NCBI RefSeq assembly: GCF_036588685.1
Contig: NC_086382.1
Span: 64,790,001-64,854,000 of the forward strand
DNA from: Mytilus trossulus
Taxonomy: Eukaryota
Length of the DNA stretch: 64,000 bases
Direction: 5' to 3'
Position 1 is the stretch's first letter. Each line of letters opens with the position of its first letter. Position numbers and translations under genes: made by a program. This document shows positions 39,491-53,640 of the stretch, piece by piece. Under the pieces are notes generated by a model. It did not search any database. It was not told the DNA's origin and saw nothing but the letters and a program-made list of their open reading frames with translations.

Positions 39491-42400
39491 TTATTATATC
39501 GTAGCTACTGGATGTCTATATTATTTGTTTTGTAACGATAACAAATCTGGGTATCAAACGTACCAATCGTGACAACAGTAATGCTTAACTTTTTGTCAAC
39601 TGTCGTCAAGTTAATTTGCAGTCACTAGTTGTGTTTCTTCTATATAAAAGTCAAATTTATTCCAGATAATTACTTTATCTAATATTGAATCCCACACATG
39701 TAAAAAAGTAAAGAAAATTTCTAAAAGCACTTAAAAAAACTATTTTGATAAAAACGTTCATCGAAAAATAATATCTGCAATTATATTATCTTTCATGGAA
39801 AAATTCTTTTTTGAAATTTTATAATGGGAAATCATCATTAAAGTAATACGGATTTGCCAAAAGCAAATTAGCTTATTGGAGTGACGTAGACATCATTTAC
39901 TGTAAAACTATGTCAGCCCAAATATCATTTTGCACTTAATTTATAGAATGACGGTTCATGAAAAAAAAAAAATTATTCATACGAAATTGGTTTTATAAAG
40001 CTTAAGTAGCATATTGATGACAAAATGTTTGAAATAACATAAAAGTGAATTGTATATATTTAAAATGTTTAAAGAAACAGTAAAGGGATAACATATTGAA
40101 CACATAAATGAGATTAAATGGTCTGCTTATTGTTCACGAATTATCACAGAACTGTATATTTCCTGCATTCATACTATTGATTCAACATTTTGAATAACAC
40201 TGAAAATGAAAGTAAAAAGTTATCCGTCAAAACTATAGTCAGGAATGTATTCAAAAAAACAAAACGGTTGTATGTTTTCCGGAATTTACGATAATTCTAA
40301 CTTTTTTCAAAATTTGCCACTTTTTATTATAAAAACCATGATATTCAATGTTATATGCAAAAACAGTGTGTATACGTTGATATTATGGAAGTAACTTTCT
40401 TTAAACTGTAAAGCGATACATAACAATTCGATCAGTGAACTGTTTTACTTTTTAGTTGCTTAATTGTGGAAATCTGATGATTACAAATGAACTAAATGAA
40501 CAGAGATGATGTGCACACAACGTTAATATGTTTTGAACGTTTATAGTTTCGAAAGAGCAAATAACAGGCGGAGATATCAACGGGACATAAAGACTGGTAA
40601 GACGAACGGAAACAGACATCGGTATTGCAAAAAAAAAACCGACAAAAACAATCAATTTTCCTGGTTTGTAGCCATCTTTTAGTTATCCATTTATTTTTCA
40701 CTTGTTTATACCATGTTCGATTACATTACAATATGATATCAAAAACTGTTTTCCCTACAAACATGAACTTTTAAATAATCTCTTCCAAAAGCAGCATAAA
40801 AGCCGACTTTTGAATCAGCTGTTACAACCATAGTCTGCAATAAGTTTCGAAATAAATGAGAAAAATATAATTAAAAGTACCTCTTCATCAACTATACCAG
40901 TAACGGATATGTTTTAAAATCGGTATGGAGTATACTAATTTAATTTAGAAAGCAATTAGTATCGAACATAAAATATAAATACTATTTTGGCATTTGGGCT
41001 GCAGACAAGCAGTTATTGAAATGAAAAGAAAGTATAAGCTTTTCATATCGCACTTATAAGTGGTAATTGGTGAATATATGCCAAATCAATGTTGTTAACA
41101 TTTCGTTGGGGATGTTATGAGACCTAAAAAAAAATACTTTCAAAATACTACATAAATCATCAAATGATTAAATCAGCCATTTGTCAATAAATGCATGAAG
41201 ACTTTAAAATTATTAATACATTTTTCGTGACATATGATTTGAGATATATAGGTTATATTATGGCATTTTTTCATATCAGACCCAATATCAGTCCTATGTC
41301 AAGATATCAGCCCTACCTTAAGGATTGGTTTGACCATAGGTTGTTAAGGGGTCTGATATGTGAAGTTCTTTTTATCATATTCTTCAGCAGAAAACACACA
41401 GTCTAAGGTCTGTGTTGAAGACCGTACTTTTACCTATCAGGATTTACTTTTATCAATTGTGAGTTGAATGGAAAGTTGTCTCATTGGCACTTATACCACA
41501 TTATTCGATATTTAAAACTTTTTTTTTTAAACGTTGAAATAAAATATATGTTGTTATATTTGTTTTGCATTTTCAATAATCACAAATTTTCTTGTTACTT
41601 AAATTTTTTTATTCAACTTTGTTATGTTTTACACAAATAAAACCGTACCGTTGAGGTGTATTTCGCGGAATTTGTCGAATGACGTCGAAATGTCATGCAA
41701 TAATGTTACAAAAAAGCATGTCATGATAACCGTAAACAGTTGATATTAACGGAAAGCAATTAATAACAAAAGACATATTACACGGCTAAGGAATTCTTCA
41801 AATTTAATGATGAATAAATATATGTACAAATTAGTTTTATCATGAGTATAAGATGATTTATTATCAAATGACATTATCAGCACAGATAACTTATTTTTTT
41901 CCAGTACTGCCTGACGTTACACGGCATTTGGTGTTCTGTGTATGTCTTATTCTGCTCGCCAAAGTTAAATTTGCCAGGTTGTTAAAACTTATGGTCATGT
42001 TTAGTTGTATATGTTTTTATAGAAACATGTCATATAAATATTGAAGGTCATGCTTTGAACGAAAATCATTTAACAACATGCTATCGTACGATTCCATTTT
42101 ACACTACAGGCTTTAAAACATATACGAGATGTTATTGACAACAAGGTGTTGCTGTTAGTACCATCTTTAATGCAGATGAAATTAGAATGACTGTGAGAAA
42201 ATCAAAGTAATCAATATGTGAAAATTTACAAATGTAAAACATATATTCTCAGTTTGAAATTGTTCAATTTCATTTTTGCAATATATAGTGTTTTGAAAAT
42301 CCCCCGAACTGAATGACACATCAATTGAATCAGTTGAACAGATGTTTTTCAAAGGTCAATGTTCTTTGATTTTTTAACTTTTGCTACACATATAGTATAG

Positions 42401-43146
42401 AAGATTTAATACAGCATTCAAGGTTTATGTTTTCTAAACTTCTATACTTGGAAAACATATTTCCGTTAACGGTTGATTTCTATTTAGATTGATGACAAAA
42501 TTGTCTCTCCCGCTACTTGCAGTAATTTACCCTTTCCCAACCTAATTGCTTTTAGTTCATGAATTCAAACGTAGCTTTAAGAATGTCGTGTAAATATAAG
42601 ACTTTGCACTCCTGAATAACACTGTGGGTGTGGGGTGATTGATCTATGTCCACACACAAAAATACAAAATAAATGAAAAATCTATACTTTGTTAAAATCA
42701 AAACACTACATCATCTAAAAATTGGAACCACAAGAGTGTAATTTACAAAGTTGCAAAATGAGTCATCAATCATAGTAGATTTTAATATAATGTTAAAGGA
42801 ACCGACGAATATATTATCATATTAACTTCAACCAATGAATTGTGCATACTGATCCTTATACATTTTTTTGGGTTTTTTTTGTTTGGTATTTTTGTCTATG
42901 TATTTTATCTTCATACGCTAGATAACGACTTTGGATCTTAAAAGCTCCAAAAAGACACATTGTTTTTCAATATTCAGACTAATCCATCGCGGTAAATTCA
43001 GCACCATCGTGATTTATTTACTAATATCAGTTGTATTTTGTGTTGAAAAGAACTAGCTTTCCATAACATTGAGTATTCTTATTTCGATACTTTCTGTCTA
43101 TTTTTTTTTAAAGTTGTGTTTGTTCCTAATACCGATATTTTAAGCT

Positions 43147-43395
43147 AATAGATATAGAAAGATGTGGTGTGAGTGCCAATGAGACAACTCTCCATCCAAG
43201 TAACAATTTAAAAAGTAAACCATTATAGGTTAAAGTACGGCCTTCAACACGAAGCCTTGGCTCACGCCGAACAACAAGCTGTAAAGGGTCCCAAAATTAC
43301 TAGTGTAAAACCATTCAAACGGGAAAACCAACGGTCTAATCTATATAAACAAAACGAGAAACACATATATATTACATAAACAAACGACAACAACT
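43147..43395 (-). mobile_element. Family B PLE 3'-end copy (duplicated at 47537-47785)
   Basis: GATATAGAAAGATGTGGTGTGAGTGCCAATGAGACAACTCTCCATCC. The reverse complement matches the 3' terminus of the 33270-34594 element. Confidence 0.75.
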
Positions 43396-43596
43396 ATTAC
43401 AACTGATTGTAGTTCAGTTGCTGTCGTTGTTTAATGACTGTCATATTGTTTCCGTAAATCGTTTGTTATGAATTTGGATGTCAATTGAGTCCATGTTTCT
43501 CATTTTTCATGGGCCGTTAATTGATTTATTTCTGAAAATTTACGTCGGGGCTTTTAATAGCCGAATATACGTACTTTATTAATTTATCTCAAAGCC

Positions 43597-43743
43597 AAGT
43601 GGCGGATCTGGGTATTGTTCCGGGGACCGGAACCCCCATTTTTTGGGGACGATCAATACATTTGAATGGAGACATTTAGTTGGAAACGTTTCTTCATTCT
43701 GGCTTTTATAGCCCCCTTTTAGAAATGAATGGATCTGCCCCTG
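43597..43743. mobile_element. Small MITE-like element with 6-bp target-site duplication
   Basis: Ends AAGTGGCGGATCT and GGATCTGCCCCTG are imperfect inverted repeats (9 of 13). Flanked by AAAGCC at 43591-96 and 43744-49. Only the left part survives in copy B (47987-48033). Confidence 0.65.
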
Positions 43744-44221
43744 AAAGCCTATATCCGCTTTATTTAAATTTTGGTGGATTATCGAGTCATAGACCATTTA
43801 CCATATCTTCTTATTTTCATAACCCTGCCCAATAAAATATAAAATTAAGTTACTATTTTGATGAACCCTCCTAGACAGATATGACTACCTTACGGACATA
43901 TTACACACCAACTTTTGCTTTCGTATTGAAAATAGTATGTAACAATAGAACCTTACCGCGAAACTTGACCAATGAATACTGAAACTTTTATTTGTTGTGG
44001 TATCTATTGGTGTTTAATTTATACTGAGTGCCAATGAAAACGCAACACTTGTTTTTTCCAAAATAAAATTTATATTAGAAATGATAATCTTTCAAAATAA
44101 ATTGTTCTTGAAAATTAACAATTCTAACAAAAGATCGATATCAAACAAAAAAATTTCATTGTCATCTTTCAGACGCTTTAGGTAAACGAAACATCCAATG
44201 TCGAATCATCAACTCACAGTC

Positions 44222-44917
44222 CTAACAAAACATGTTACAACCCCGTTGTGCAGCGCAATCTCGACAGCGCCGAGGAATTGATCATCCCGGACGTTTAATG
44301 TGATCTCGAGGAATGTTGTTCCACTTGTCCCGCATATCAAACTCAAGCTGACTTTATGATATTGGTGGTGGTTTTCATCGTCTAAACCATCTCCAATCTG
44401 ATGCAAAATTTGCTCGATCGGACCAAAATCGGGCGAAACACATGACTTTGGGCCAATATTGGTGCCAAATGTCTATGTAATCATTACTTACGGGTTTGGG
44501 TAACATTGAATGATTTTTGGTCTACAGAATTCAATATGTACGCCTTACGGCCATTTAGATGTCACTGAGGAAAGACTTTGGTGCTCTATAACAATTTCTG
44601 CGCAAATGGTGCTTTACTAAAATTGCTCCAAAGGATCTACCGTGACCACCATTGAACTCTCGTGACCTTTTTACACCCATCAGAGTCAATGTCGAATATG
44701 TTTAAGACCAAACGTATCGGTCTGGCTGAACGTTTCTTGCTTTTTGTACCCCGGGATGTCGCTTAACATTAAATGATTCATTTTTGGTTGAATTTGTGGA
44801 TGATTTGGGTTATTGTAGAGGCTACAACTTCAGTCTTCTCGTAATTGTATGCAGCGAAAGGCTTCATTGGATCATGCTCAAAACTGCATGTCGCTGGTTG
44901 TCAGAAAGTCCTGGCAT
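44222..44917 (-). pseudogene. Decayed, internally deleted Tc1-like transposase (copy A)
   Basis: Starts MPGLSDNQRHAVLSMIQ*. Has WP..SPDFGPIEQI (Tc1 WPxxSPDLNPIE motif) and C-terminal RDKWNNIPRDHIKR..SIPRRCRDCAAQRGCNMFC*. Multiple frameshifts and stops. Confidence 0.85.
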
Positions 44918-45074
44918 TTACTCAGATGTTTATTGCAGTTTCCTTACAATATTGGCGGGAAAATTAATGACATTAGCCAAGCTTTAAATGGCAAAATCGT
45001 AAAAATGGTGCGTATGTTGAAAAGCGGTGAACTCGGATTATGTCTGTTCAAAATAGCCCTTACTTCGCATTTGT

Positions 45075-48000
45075 TCCATTTATTTTTCACTTGTTTATAC
45101 CATGTTCGATTACATTACAATATGATATCAAAAACTGTTTTCCCTACAAACATGAACTTTTAAATAATCTCTTCCAAAAGCAGCATAAAAGCCGACTTTT
45201 GAATCAGCTGTTACAACCATAGTCTGCAATAAGTTTCGAAATAAATGAGAAAAATATAATTAAAAGTACCTCTTCATCAACTATACCAGTAACGGATATG
45301 TTTTAAAATCGGTATGGAGTATACTAATTTAATTTAGAAAGCAATTAGTATCGAACATAAAATATAAATACTATTTTGGCATTTGGGCTGCAGACAAGCA
45401 GTTATTGAAATGAAAAGAAAGTATAAGCTTTTCATATCGCACTTATAAGTGGTAATTGGTGAATATATGCCAAATCAATGTTGTTAACATTTCGTTGGGG
45501 ATGTTATGAGACCTAAAAAAAAATACTTTCAAAATACTACATAAATCATCAAATGATTAAATCAGCCATGTGTCAATAAATGCATGAAGACTTTAAAATT
45601 ATTAATACATTTTTCGTGACATATGATTTGAGATATATAGGTTATATTATGGCATTTTTTCATATCAGACCCAATATCAGTCCTATGTCAAGATATCAGC
45701 CCTACCTTAAGGATTGGTTTGACCATAGGTTGTTAAGGGGTCTGATATGTGAAGTTCTTTTTGTCATATTCTTCAGCAGAAAACACACAGTCTAAGGTCT
45801 GTGTTGAAGACCGTACTTTTACCTATCAGGATTTACTTTTATCAATTGTGAGTTGAATGGAAAGTTGTCTCATTGGCACTTATACCACATTATTCGATAT
45901 TTAAAACTTTTTTTTTTAAACGTTGAAATAAAATATATGTTGTTATATTTGTTTTGCATTTTCAATAATCACAAATTTTCTTGTTACTTAAAATTTTTTT
46001 ATTCAACTTTGTTATGTTTTACACAAATAAAACCGTACCGTTGAGGTGTATTTCGCGGAATTTGTCGAATGACGTCGAAATGTCATGCAATAATGTTACA
46101 AAAAAGCATGTCATGATAACCGTAAACAGTTGATATTAACGGAAAGCAATTAATAACAAAAGACATATTACACGGCTAAGGAATTCTTCAAATTTAATGA
46201 TGAATAAATATATGTACAAATTAGTTTTATCATGAGTATAAGATGATTTATTATCAAATGACATTATCAGCACAGATAATTTATTTTTTTCCAGTACTGC
46301 CTGACGTTACACGGCATTTGGTGTTCTGTGTATGTCTTATTCTGCTCGCCAAAGTTAAATTTGCCAGGTTGTTAAAACTTATGGTCATGTTTAGTTGTAT
46401 ATGTTTTTATAGAAACATGTCATATAAATATTGAAGGTCATGCTTTGAACGAAAATCATTTAACAACATGCTATCGTACGATTCCATTTTACACTACAGG
46501 CTTTAAAACATATACGAGATGTTATTGACAACAAGGTGTTGCTGTTAGTACCATCTTTAATGCAGATGAAATTAGAATGACTGTGAGAAAATCAAAGTAA
46601 TCAATATGTGAAAATTTACAAATGTAAAACATATATTCTCAGTTTGAAATTGTTCAATTTCATTTTTGCAATATATAGTGTTTTGAAAATCCCCCGAACT
46701 GACTGACACATCAATTGAATCAGTTGAACAGATGTTTTTCAAAGGTCAATGTTCTTGGATTTTTTAACTTTTGCTACACATATAGTATAGAAGATTTAAT
46801 ACAGCATTCAAGGTTTATGTTTTCTAAACTTCTATACTTGGAAAACATATTTCCGTTAACGGTTGATTTCTATTTAGATTGATGACAAAATTGTCTCTCC
46901 CGCTACTTGCAGTAATTTACCCTTTCCCAACCTAATTGCTTTTAGTTCATGAATTCAAACGTAGCTTTAAGAATGTCGTGTAAATATAAGACTTTGCACT
47001 CCTGAATAACACTGTGGGTGTGGGGTGATTGATCTATGTCCACACACAAAAATACAAAATAAATGAAAAATCTATATTTTGTTAAAATCAAAACACTACA
47101 TCATCTAAAAATTGGAACCACAAGAGTGTAATTTACAAAGTTGCAAAATGAGTCATCAATCATAGTAGATTTTAATATAATGTTAAAGGAACCGACGAAT
47201 ATATTATCATATTAACTTCAACCAATGAATTGTGCATACTGATCCTTATACATTTTTTTGGTTTTTTTTTGTTTGGTATTTTTGTCTATGTATTTTATCT
47301 TCATACGCTAGATAACGACTTTGGATCTTAAAAGCTCCAAAAAGACACATTGTTTTTCAATATTCAGACTAATCCATCGCGGTAAATTCAGCACCATCGT
47401 GATTTATTTACTAATATCAGTTGTATTTTGTGTTGAAAAGAACTAGCTTTCCATAACATTGAGTATTCTTATTTCGATACTTTCTGTCTATTTTTTTTTA
47501 AAGTTGTGTTTGTTCCTAATACCGATATTTTAAGCTAATAGATATAGAAAGATGTGGTGTGAGTGCCAATGAGACAACTCTCCATCCAAGTAACAATTTA
47601 AAAAGTAAACCATTATAGGTTAAAGTACGGCCTTCAACACGAAGCCTTGGCTCACGCCGAACAACAAGCTGTAAAGGGTCCCAAAATTACTAGTGTAAAA
47701 CCATTCAAACGGGAAAACCAACGGTCTAATCTATATAAACAAAACGAGAAACACATATATGTTACATAAACAAACGACAACAACTATTACAACTGATTGT
47801 TGTTCAGTTGCTGTCGTTGTTTAATGACTGTCATATTGTTTTCGTAAATCGTTTGTTATGAATTTGGATGTCAATTGAGTCCATGTTTCACATTTTTCAT
47901 GGGCCGTTAATTGATTTATTTCTGAAAATTTACGTCCGGGCTTTTAATAGCCGAATATACGTACTTTATTAATTTATCTCAAAGCCAAGTGGCGGATCTG

Positions 48001-48942
48001 GGTATTGTTCCGGGGACCGGAACCCCCATTTTTCAGACGCTTTAGGTAAACGAAACATCCAATGTCGAATCATCAACTCACAGTCCTAACAAAACATGTT
48101 ACAACCCCGTTGTGCAGCGCAATCTCGACAGCGCCGTGGAATTGATCATCCCGGACGTTTAATGTGATCTCGAGGAATGTTGTTCCACTTGTCCCGCATA
48201 TCAAACTCAAGCTGACTTTATGATATTGGTGGTGGTTTTCATCGTCTAAACCATCTCCAATCTGATGCAAAATTTGCTCGATCGGACCAAAATCGGGCGA
48301 AACACATGACTTTGGGCTGATATTGGTGCCAAATGTCTATGTAATCATTACTTACGGGTTTGGGTAACATTGAATGATTTTTGGTCTACATAATTCAATA
48401 TGTACGCCTTACGGCCATTTAGATGTCACTGAGGAAAGACTTTGGTGCTCTATAACAATTTCTGCGCAAATGGTGCTTTACTAAAATTGCTCCAAAGGAT
48501 CTACCGTGACCACCATTGAACTCTCGTGACCTTTGTACACCCATCAGAGTCAATATCGAATATGTTTAAGACCAAACGTATCGGTCTGGCTGAACGTTTC
48601 TTGCTTTTTGTACCCCGGGATGTCGCTTAACATTAAATGATCCATTTTTGGTTGAATTTGTGGATGATTTGGGTTATTGTAGAGGCTACAACTTCAGTCT
48701 TCTCGTAATTGTATGCAGCGAAAGGCTTCATTGGATCATGCTCAAAACTGCATGTCGCTGGTTGTCAGAAAGTCCTGGCATTTACTCGGATGTTTATTGC
48801 AGTTTCCTTACAATATTGGCGGGAAAATTAATGACATTAGCCAAGCTTTAAATGGCAAAATCGTAAAAATGGTGCGTATGTTGAAAAGCGGTGAACTCGG
48901 ATTATGTCCGTTCAAAATAGCCCTTACTTCGCATTTGTTCCA
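45075..48942 (+). repeat. Segmental tandem duplication, copy B (lacks 526 bp corresponding to ~43644-44169)
   Basis: Junctions show TCCA microhomology (40686-89, 45075-78, 48939-42) and TTT microhomology (48031-33). Confidence 0.95.
48086..48781 (-). pseudogene. Decayed Tc1-like transposase (copy B)
   Basis: Duplicate of 44222-44917 at offset 3864. Confidence 0.85.
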
Positions 48943-51544
48943 AAAATCACTCAACCGTAAAGTTGTCGTCAATGGTCTTAAAAGTCATTTTATACCAACT
49001 ATACAAAGTTTTAATATAAATAAAATAAAATTATAAGATTTTTTTGAAAAACAAAAGTGTTGCGTTTTCATTGGCACTCAGTATATTTATGCTTGTTTTT
49101 TTTATTTATCCTGTAATTAGCCTTTTATTGTACAAATAACAGGTACAAATTAATGTTTGCTATATTTGTATAGCATGCAAATTATGCATTGTGACCAGCC
49201 CACATGTTGCTGGAACTATTTTTTCACCATCTTAACCTTGTGTCACCTTGAAGCTTTGCAACTATGTAAACAATATGCCACTATCGTTTTCTTCTTTTTA
49301 TATTGCAAAAAGTTGTGACTCAGGAACCAGCAAAATAATGTCGTTAGCAATAAATAAAACAAACAATCATTTTTTTTCAATTGTATTATTCTTATCTGGA
49401 CAACGAACAGACAAATATGGTTTAGAAATGCATCTGTTAATTCAATTTTTTTAATGCATACCATTAGTTGAAATAACGTACATTGGAACACACACAATAA
49501 CCAAAGGGAAAATACAGCGCAAATCATGCTTATATTGCAACATATTAAAAAATCAAGCCTTCGTATTAAAGTTTATCCTTTTTTGCAAACAACTAAAGAT
49601 AGGTGACTGATGTAATGTGTCCGTTGAGTCATTGGTGAGCTCAATTCCAATCAGTATTGGTAAGAGTCGATAGTATATACACTATCCTGAACACAATTTC
49701 CTCCTAAATGAGATTGGTAGTTTTTTATTATGTCATATCAGTTATGTTTACAATGAACTTTAAAACTAATATGGCGATCGTACTGATGTAATGGATTATT
49801 CTATAATGTGATCATATTTATCTAAATGCAGCTTTATTTGTATAGGATCCATAAAGCGTAAAAGTGAATTTTATGTAATTGATCGTCACGATCTGACGGA
49901 CATTTTTCTACTGTTAATCAACGACAGTCTTTAAAAATTCATAGAAAAAATATCTGTTTAGAATTACTATTTTCATTAATTTTCTAATTCAAATTTAGAT
50001 AGTTTGATACATGAAATAGGAATTTTCGTTTATTATATATTAATAATTCCAAAGAGGAACGTAGAAACAATAATGCACTCATAATTAAACAACTTTTATA
50101 TGCAGTCTAAAAAATACTGTCATATTTCTAGTAGTTTAAATTAATTACGAATTCATCAAGATTGTTTTTTTCATTTTCTATACTGTTAATTTACCTGTCG
50201 GAATTCACAAGATATCTTTTATTTCAGTGATATGAAACATCAAATGTTTTTCGATATCCTTCAAAACACAACATGTAAAGTTCGAAAGTTTTATCCAATA
50301 ATTTTAAAAAATTAAGGCAGTTTTTATGCTTCATAAAAAAAGTAATTGTTTGATGTTTTACATACCTTTTGTTATATAAAAAAATCACTAATACATATTA
50401 TTCCTCATATAATAACTGACATGACAATTTAGCACAGGTCATTTGAAAACAGATCTAGAGTAACAATGAATGAATAGTATGTTACCATTGAAAACAATAA
50501 AATGTGAAAATACTTTACCTTGAAACTACTGACTGTTATAACTATTTAGCCTATTCTATACATATCTGTTATTTATTTCAATAAATACAAAATAGTATTT
50601 TGATCCAATTCCCTTCAATAACTAGACTAAATGATGGGTATCCTTTGTAAGTGTCATTGTATAAATGATTCCATACTAGAGGTTTGGGTTTAATTTAAAA
50701 CCAATGATTACTAGCGACACGCGCGAATTTGATTAAAAAGGCTTACTATCGAATTTTATTATTGCAATGAAGACAAATAGTTACTGTGGACAAACATAAT
50801 TTTATAGCATAAAGGGCGAAGCCTGTTAAATGTTGAGAGGTTTAGAGGAATAAGCATGATGAGGAGAAAAAAGATATAAAAATGTCAATTAATGTCTTTT
50901 TAGATAAAAAGAACGTTATTTAAAGGTTACATGCTGCCTGATAGGTTTACGTTATGAAAGAAGATTTAATGTATTTATTGATATTCATACCAAAACGTTC
51001 GAAGTTCAGGGTTCGAATTATTTTATTGAACATAAAGAGGGAGGGGCATAATAAACCAATAGAGTACAAATTTGTTTTCTGATTGAAGGTGACATAAGCC
51101 TTTTGTGTCCAACTAAATCCGCTACAGGAAAAAAAAAGTAATAGGAAAAAAAGAAAACAAATCTACACTTTTTTCATTACGATTTCCAAAAACTGAACAC
51201 TATTTTGAACTGAATAAAGAAACAAAAAACTGGTACAAACGGCTTTTCAATTTAAAAAGACGATATTGAGTATAGTCGAAGATGAGCGAATTTTTCCAAT
51301 TTTACACATTTAGACAGCAGCTCAAATCATGGGATCGGACAGGCTCAGAAACATGAACAAGTGTTAAACATTTTTTGTTAGAATATAACCCTTTCGAATT
51401 AAATATATCAGTTAAAGAATCATCAGACATGATTCCAGAAGAGGCAATTACAAAAAACGAAACATTTTTGAGACAAAATAACAACGAAAACAAAACAAAA
51501 TAAAAAAATAAAAAAACCAACAAGAATACATGTTTATATAATTA

Positions 51545-51615
51545 ATTATTACAGGTATCAAGCTTATAATTGAGCCGTCAGACGCACGTTTACGTCCACA
51601 TACAACTCACCATTC
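51545..51615 (-). repeat. Degenerate retrozyme-like hammerhead fragment
   Basis: AGGTATCAAGCTTATAATT...CAGACGCACGTTTACGTCCACATACAACTCACCA aligns with 12411-12472. Confidence 0.55.
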
Positions 51616-53299
51616 AACGTAATATCATTTTTCCTATTTCTATTACAGTTATATTACATTTGCGGAGAAGGAAAATTTAAACTTGAGGCATCATTCAACT
51701 CCATGTCAACACGAGGATAAAACAGTTTCATCAAACTTGCCAAACTTTGATTTAATAACTGGTAAATGCTGAAGTACAACCTTAAGACACAGTTTGTTAC
51801 CAGTGTTGTAGAATAAAAACATTTTATTGGACCATAATCTCGTTCACATAACCCAATATACTAGACAATTGTATTACTTTGTCATTTCCATTATTTATGT
51901 CAAGCCTCACATCCCTTAGGTAGTGGCAGTAAAGCGTAGTTAGAATTGTGTAAGAGTCGTACTTGCAGACTTTACTGATGTGTCCACTCTTGTGTACTTT
52001 GTAGCTTTAGACAAAAGTTTGGTTTATCCAGGTCAATACTTGTTACAAAATTCAATAAACATTATAACCGAAGGACCCTCTGAGATGAGGTTATTAAACA
52101 TGTTGATTAAATGACCTTTTAGAATGAGACTCAATACTAATAATACCTTCTCAAACATTGCTTTTTTAAAAACATTACTTATAATCTGAAAATAATATTA
52201 AGATTATAGGTATAATGTTAAAATTTCTATCGACATTAAAATAAGACGACTAAGAACAAACAGACATCAATGCAGCCTTGATGTTGATAAAAGTGGTATG
52301 TTTTCTTACATAGATCCAATTCAAACAGTTAGAACAAGAACATAATTGCATTTATATCGCTTTTCAGAAAATGGAACCTTTTAACCAGTACTTTTACAAT
52401 TGTCAGGCGTATATATTATATTGGCAATATTATAACTTAAAGGGAACAGACGCCGATTAATGCCGTATTCCAGTACAAATAAAGTTTTTCTTTAATATAA
52501 CGTGTTTCCGACTAAAATGGTTCCGGAAACTCAACAGTATTCAATATTGGATCAATTATGGCAGCGCTATTTTAGAACCGAGGCGTATTCCATTAAAGCA
52601 AAATATTCTCGAAAATGTTAAAATCTGAGCATTTTTTTTTTGAATATTTAGAAAAACTTAAATTTTATTACAAAAAAACCTTTGTGTTTTTAATTTTTTT
52701 TTTTGTGTGTGTCAAAACGATACGCATATTTCAGAATGCAAACTTGTATCGTATGGCTTTTTAAGCAGTGAAACTGAATTGGATAGAACTAGAAAACGAT
52801 TGCATATTACATAAATTTCCGATAAACTGTTGTTATATAAACACCTCCTTAAAAATGACTTATTTTAGAACAAATGTCTAGATTATAAATGCACCAAGAT
52901 GATTTAAAACTGCTGTTTTGATTATGACAATTTAGTTTTATCAATACGATACATAAACATTAAAAAAAAAAGCACAGGAACCAATAAATTCAATCCATAA
53001 AAAGTTCCCCAAAAAGAGGTCGTATAAAGGAACAATATGTAGCTTGAAACCTTTTTTGTTTAATTCATTAAAATGGAAAACAATTGTTTTGTTAGTTTTT
53101 TGGGGATTCATAAACATAAGATGTATTGAATGTTAAAAAAATGAAATAACAAGTCAGCGAAGATATATAAGGGTGATTAAACACTCGTAAGTCGAGAGAA
53201 ACTGACATTGCCATGGCAAACCACAAGACTACGAGAGTCAAACAAGTATACATAGCCACAACAGAGAAATCTTGAAACTGGTGGTCTGCACGAGTAATT

Positions 53300-53640
53300 T
53301 AAAATGGTTTAAAGGAACATTACAAAAATACAGAGCTCCAAAAAATAATTTAAATCAGAAATTTTCTTATCTAATGGCAATTTTAAAAACTCAAACACAT
53401 CAAACCAATGCCGTTGTCCTGACTTGGTACATGTTTTTGCTTATATCGGAAATTGATTAACCGTAATTTAATATCTATTCAAATATCTCACTTGTGATAA
53501 ACTCACATAAAATTCCATTGACAACAATTTTTTGAACAAAACGAACTAACATAAAAGGTAAACATTTCAAAAATAGGGGTAGAACCGTCAACACTGTGTT
53601 ATAATCTTAATCTTAATCACTATAAAAACAAACAAATATG
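53300..53640 (-). repeat. Family E repeat copy
   Basis: Aligns with 22875-23180 (ATGGCAA...AAAACTCAAACACAT; CCTGACTTGGTACA; CTCACTTGT; AAAATAGGGGTA). Confidence 0.65.

Larger units (their letters stand above)
40686..45078 (+). repeat. Segmental tandem duplication, copy A (~4.39 kb)
   Basis: Nearly identical to 45075-48942. Offsets are 4389-4390, then 3864 after a 526-bp gap. Duplicated ORF-track entries include 41191/45580 and 44209/48073. Confidence 0.95.
44022..49083 (-). mobile_element. Tc1/mariner-family DNA transposon, composite (contains captured flank and duplicated internal segment)
   Basis: Perfect 31-bp inverted match TATACTGAGTGCCAATGAAAACGCAACACTT (44020-44050 and 49055-49085) including terminal TA. 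Tc1 transposase remnants lie inside. Confidence 0.9.

Noticed and set aside
44784-45163. Plus-strand ORFs inside the Tc1 element
   Set aside because: They are antisense to the decayed transposase. The real homology is on the minus strand.
41191-46434. Repeated small ORFs (71 aa and 63 aa) that look conserved
   Set aside because: Their identity is explained by the recent segmental duplication and is not evidence of coding selection.
52436-52596. TTAAAGGGAACAGACGCC ... GGCGTATTCCATTAA possible TTAA-type MITE
   Set aside because: The inverted match is short, gapped and single-copy, so it may be chance.
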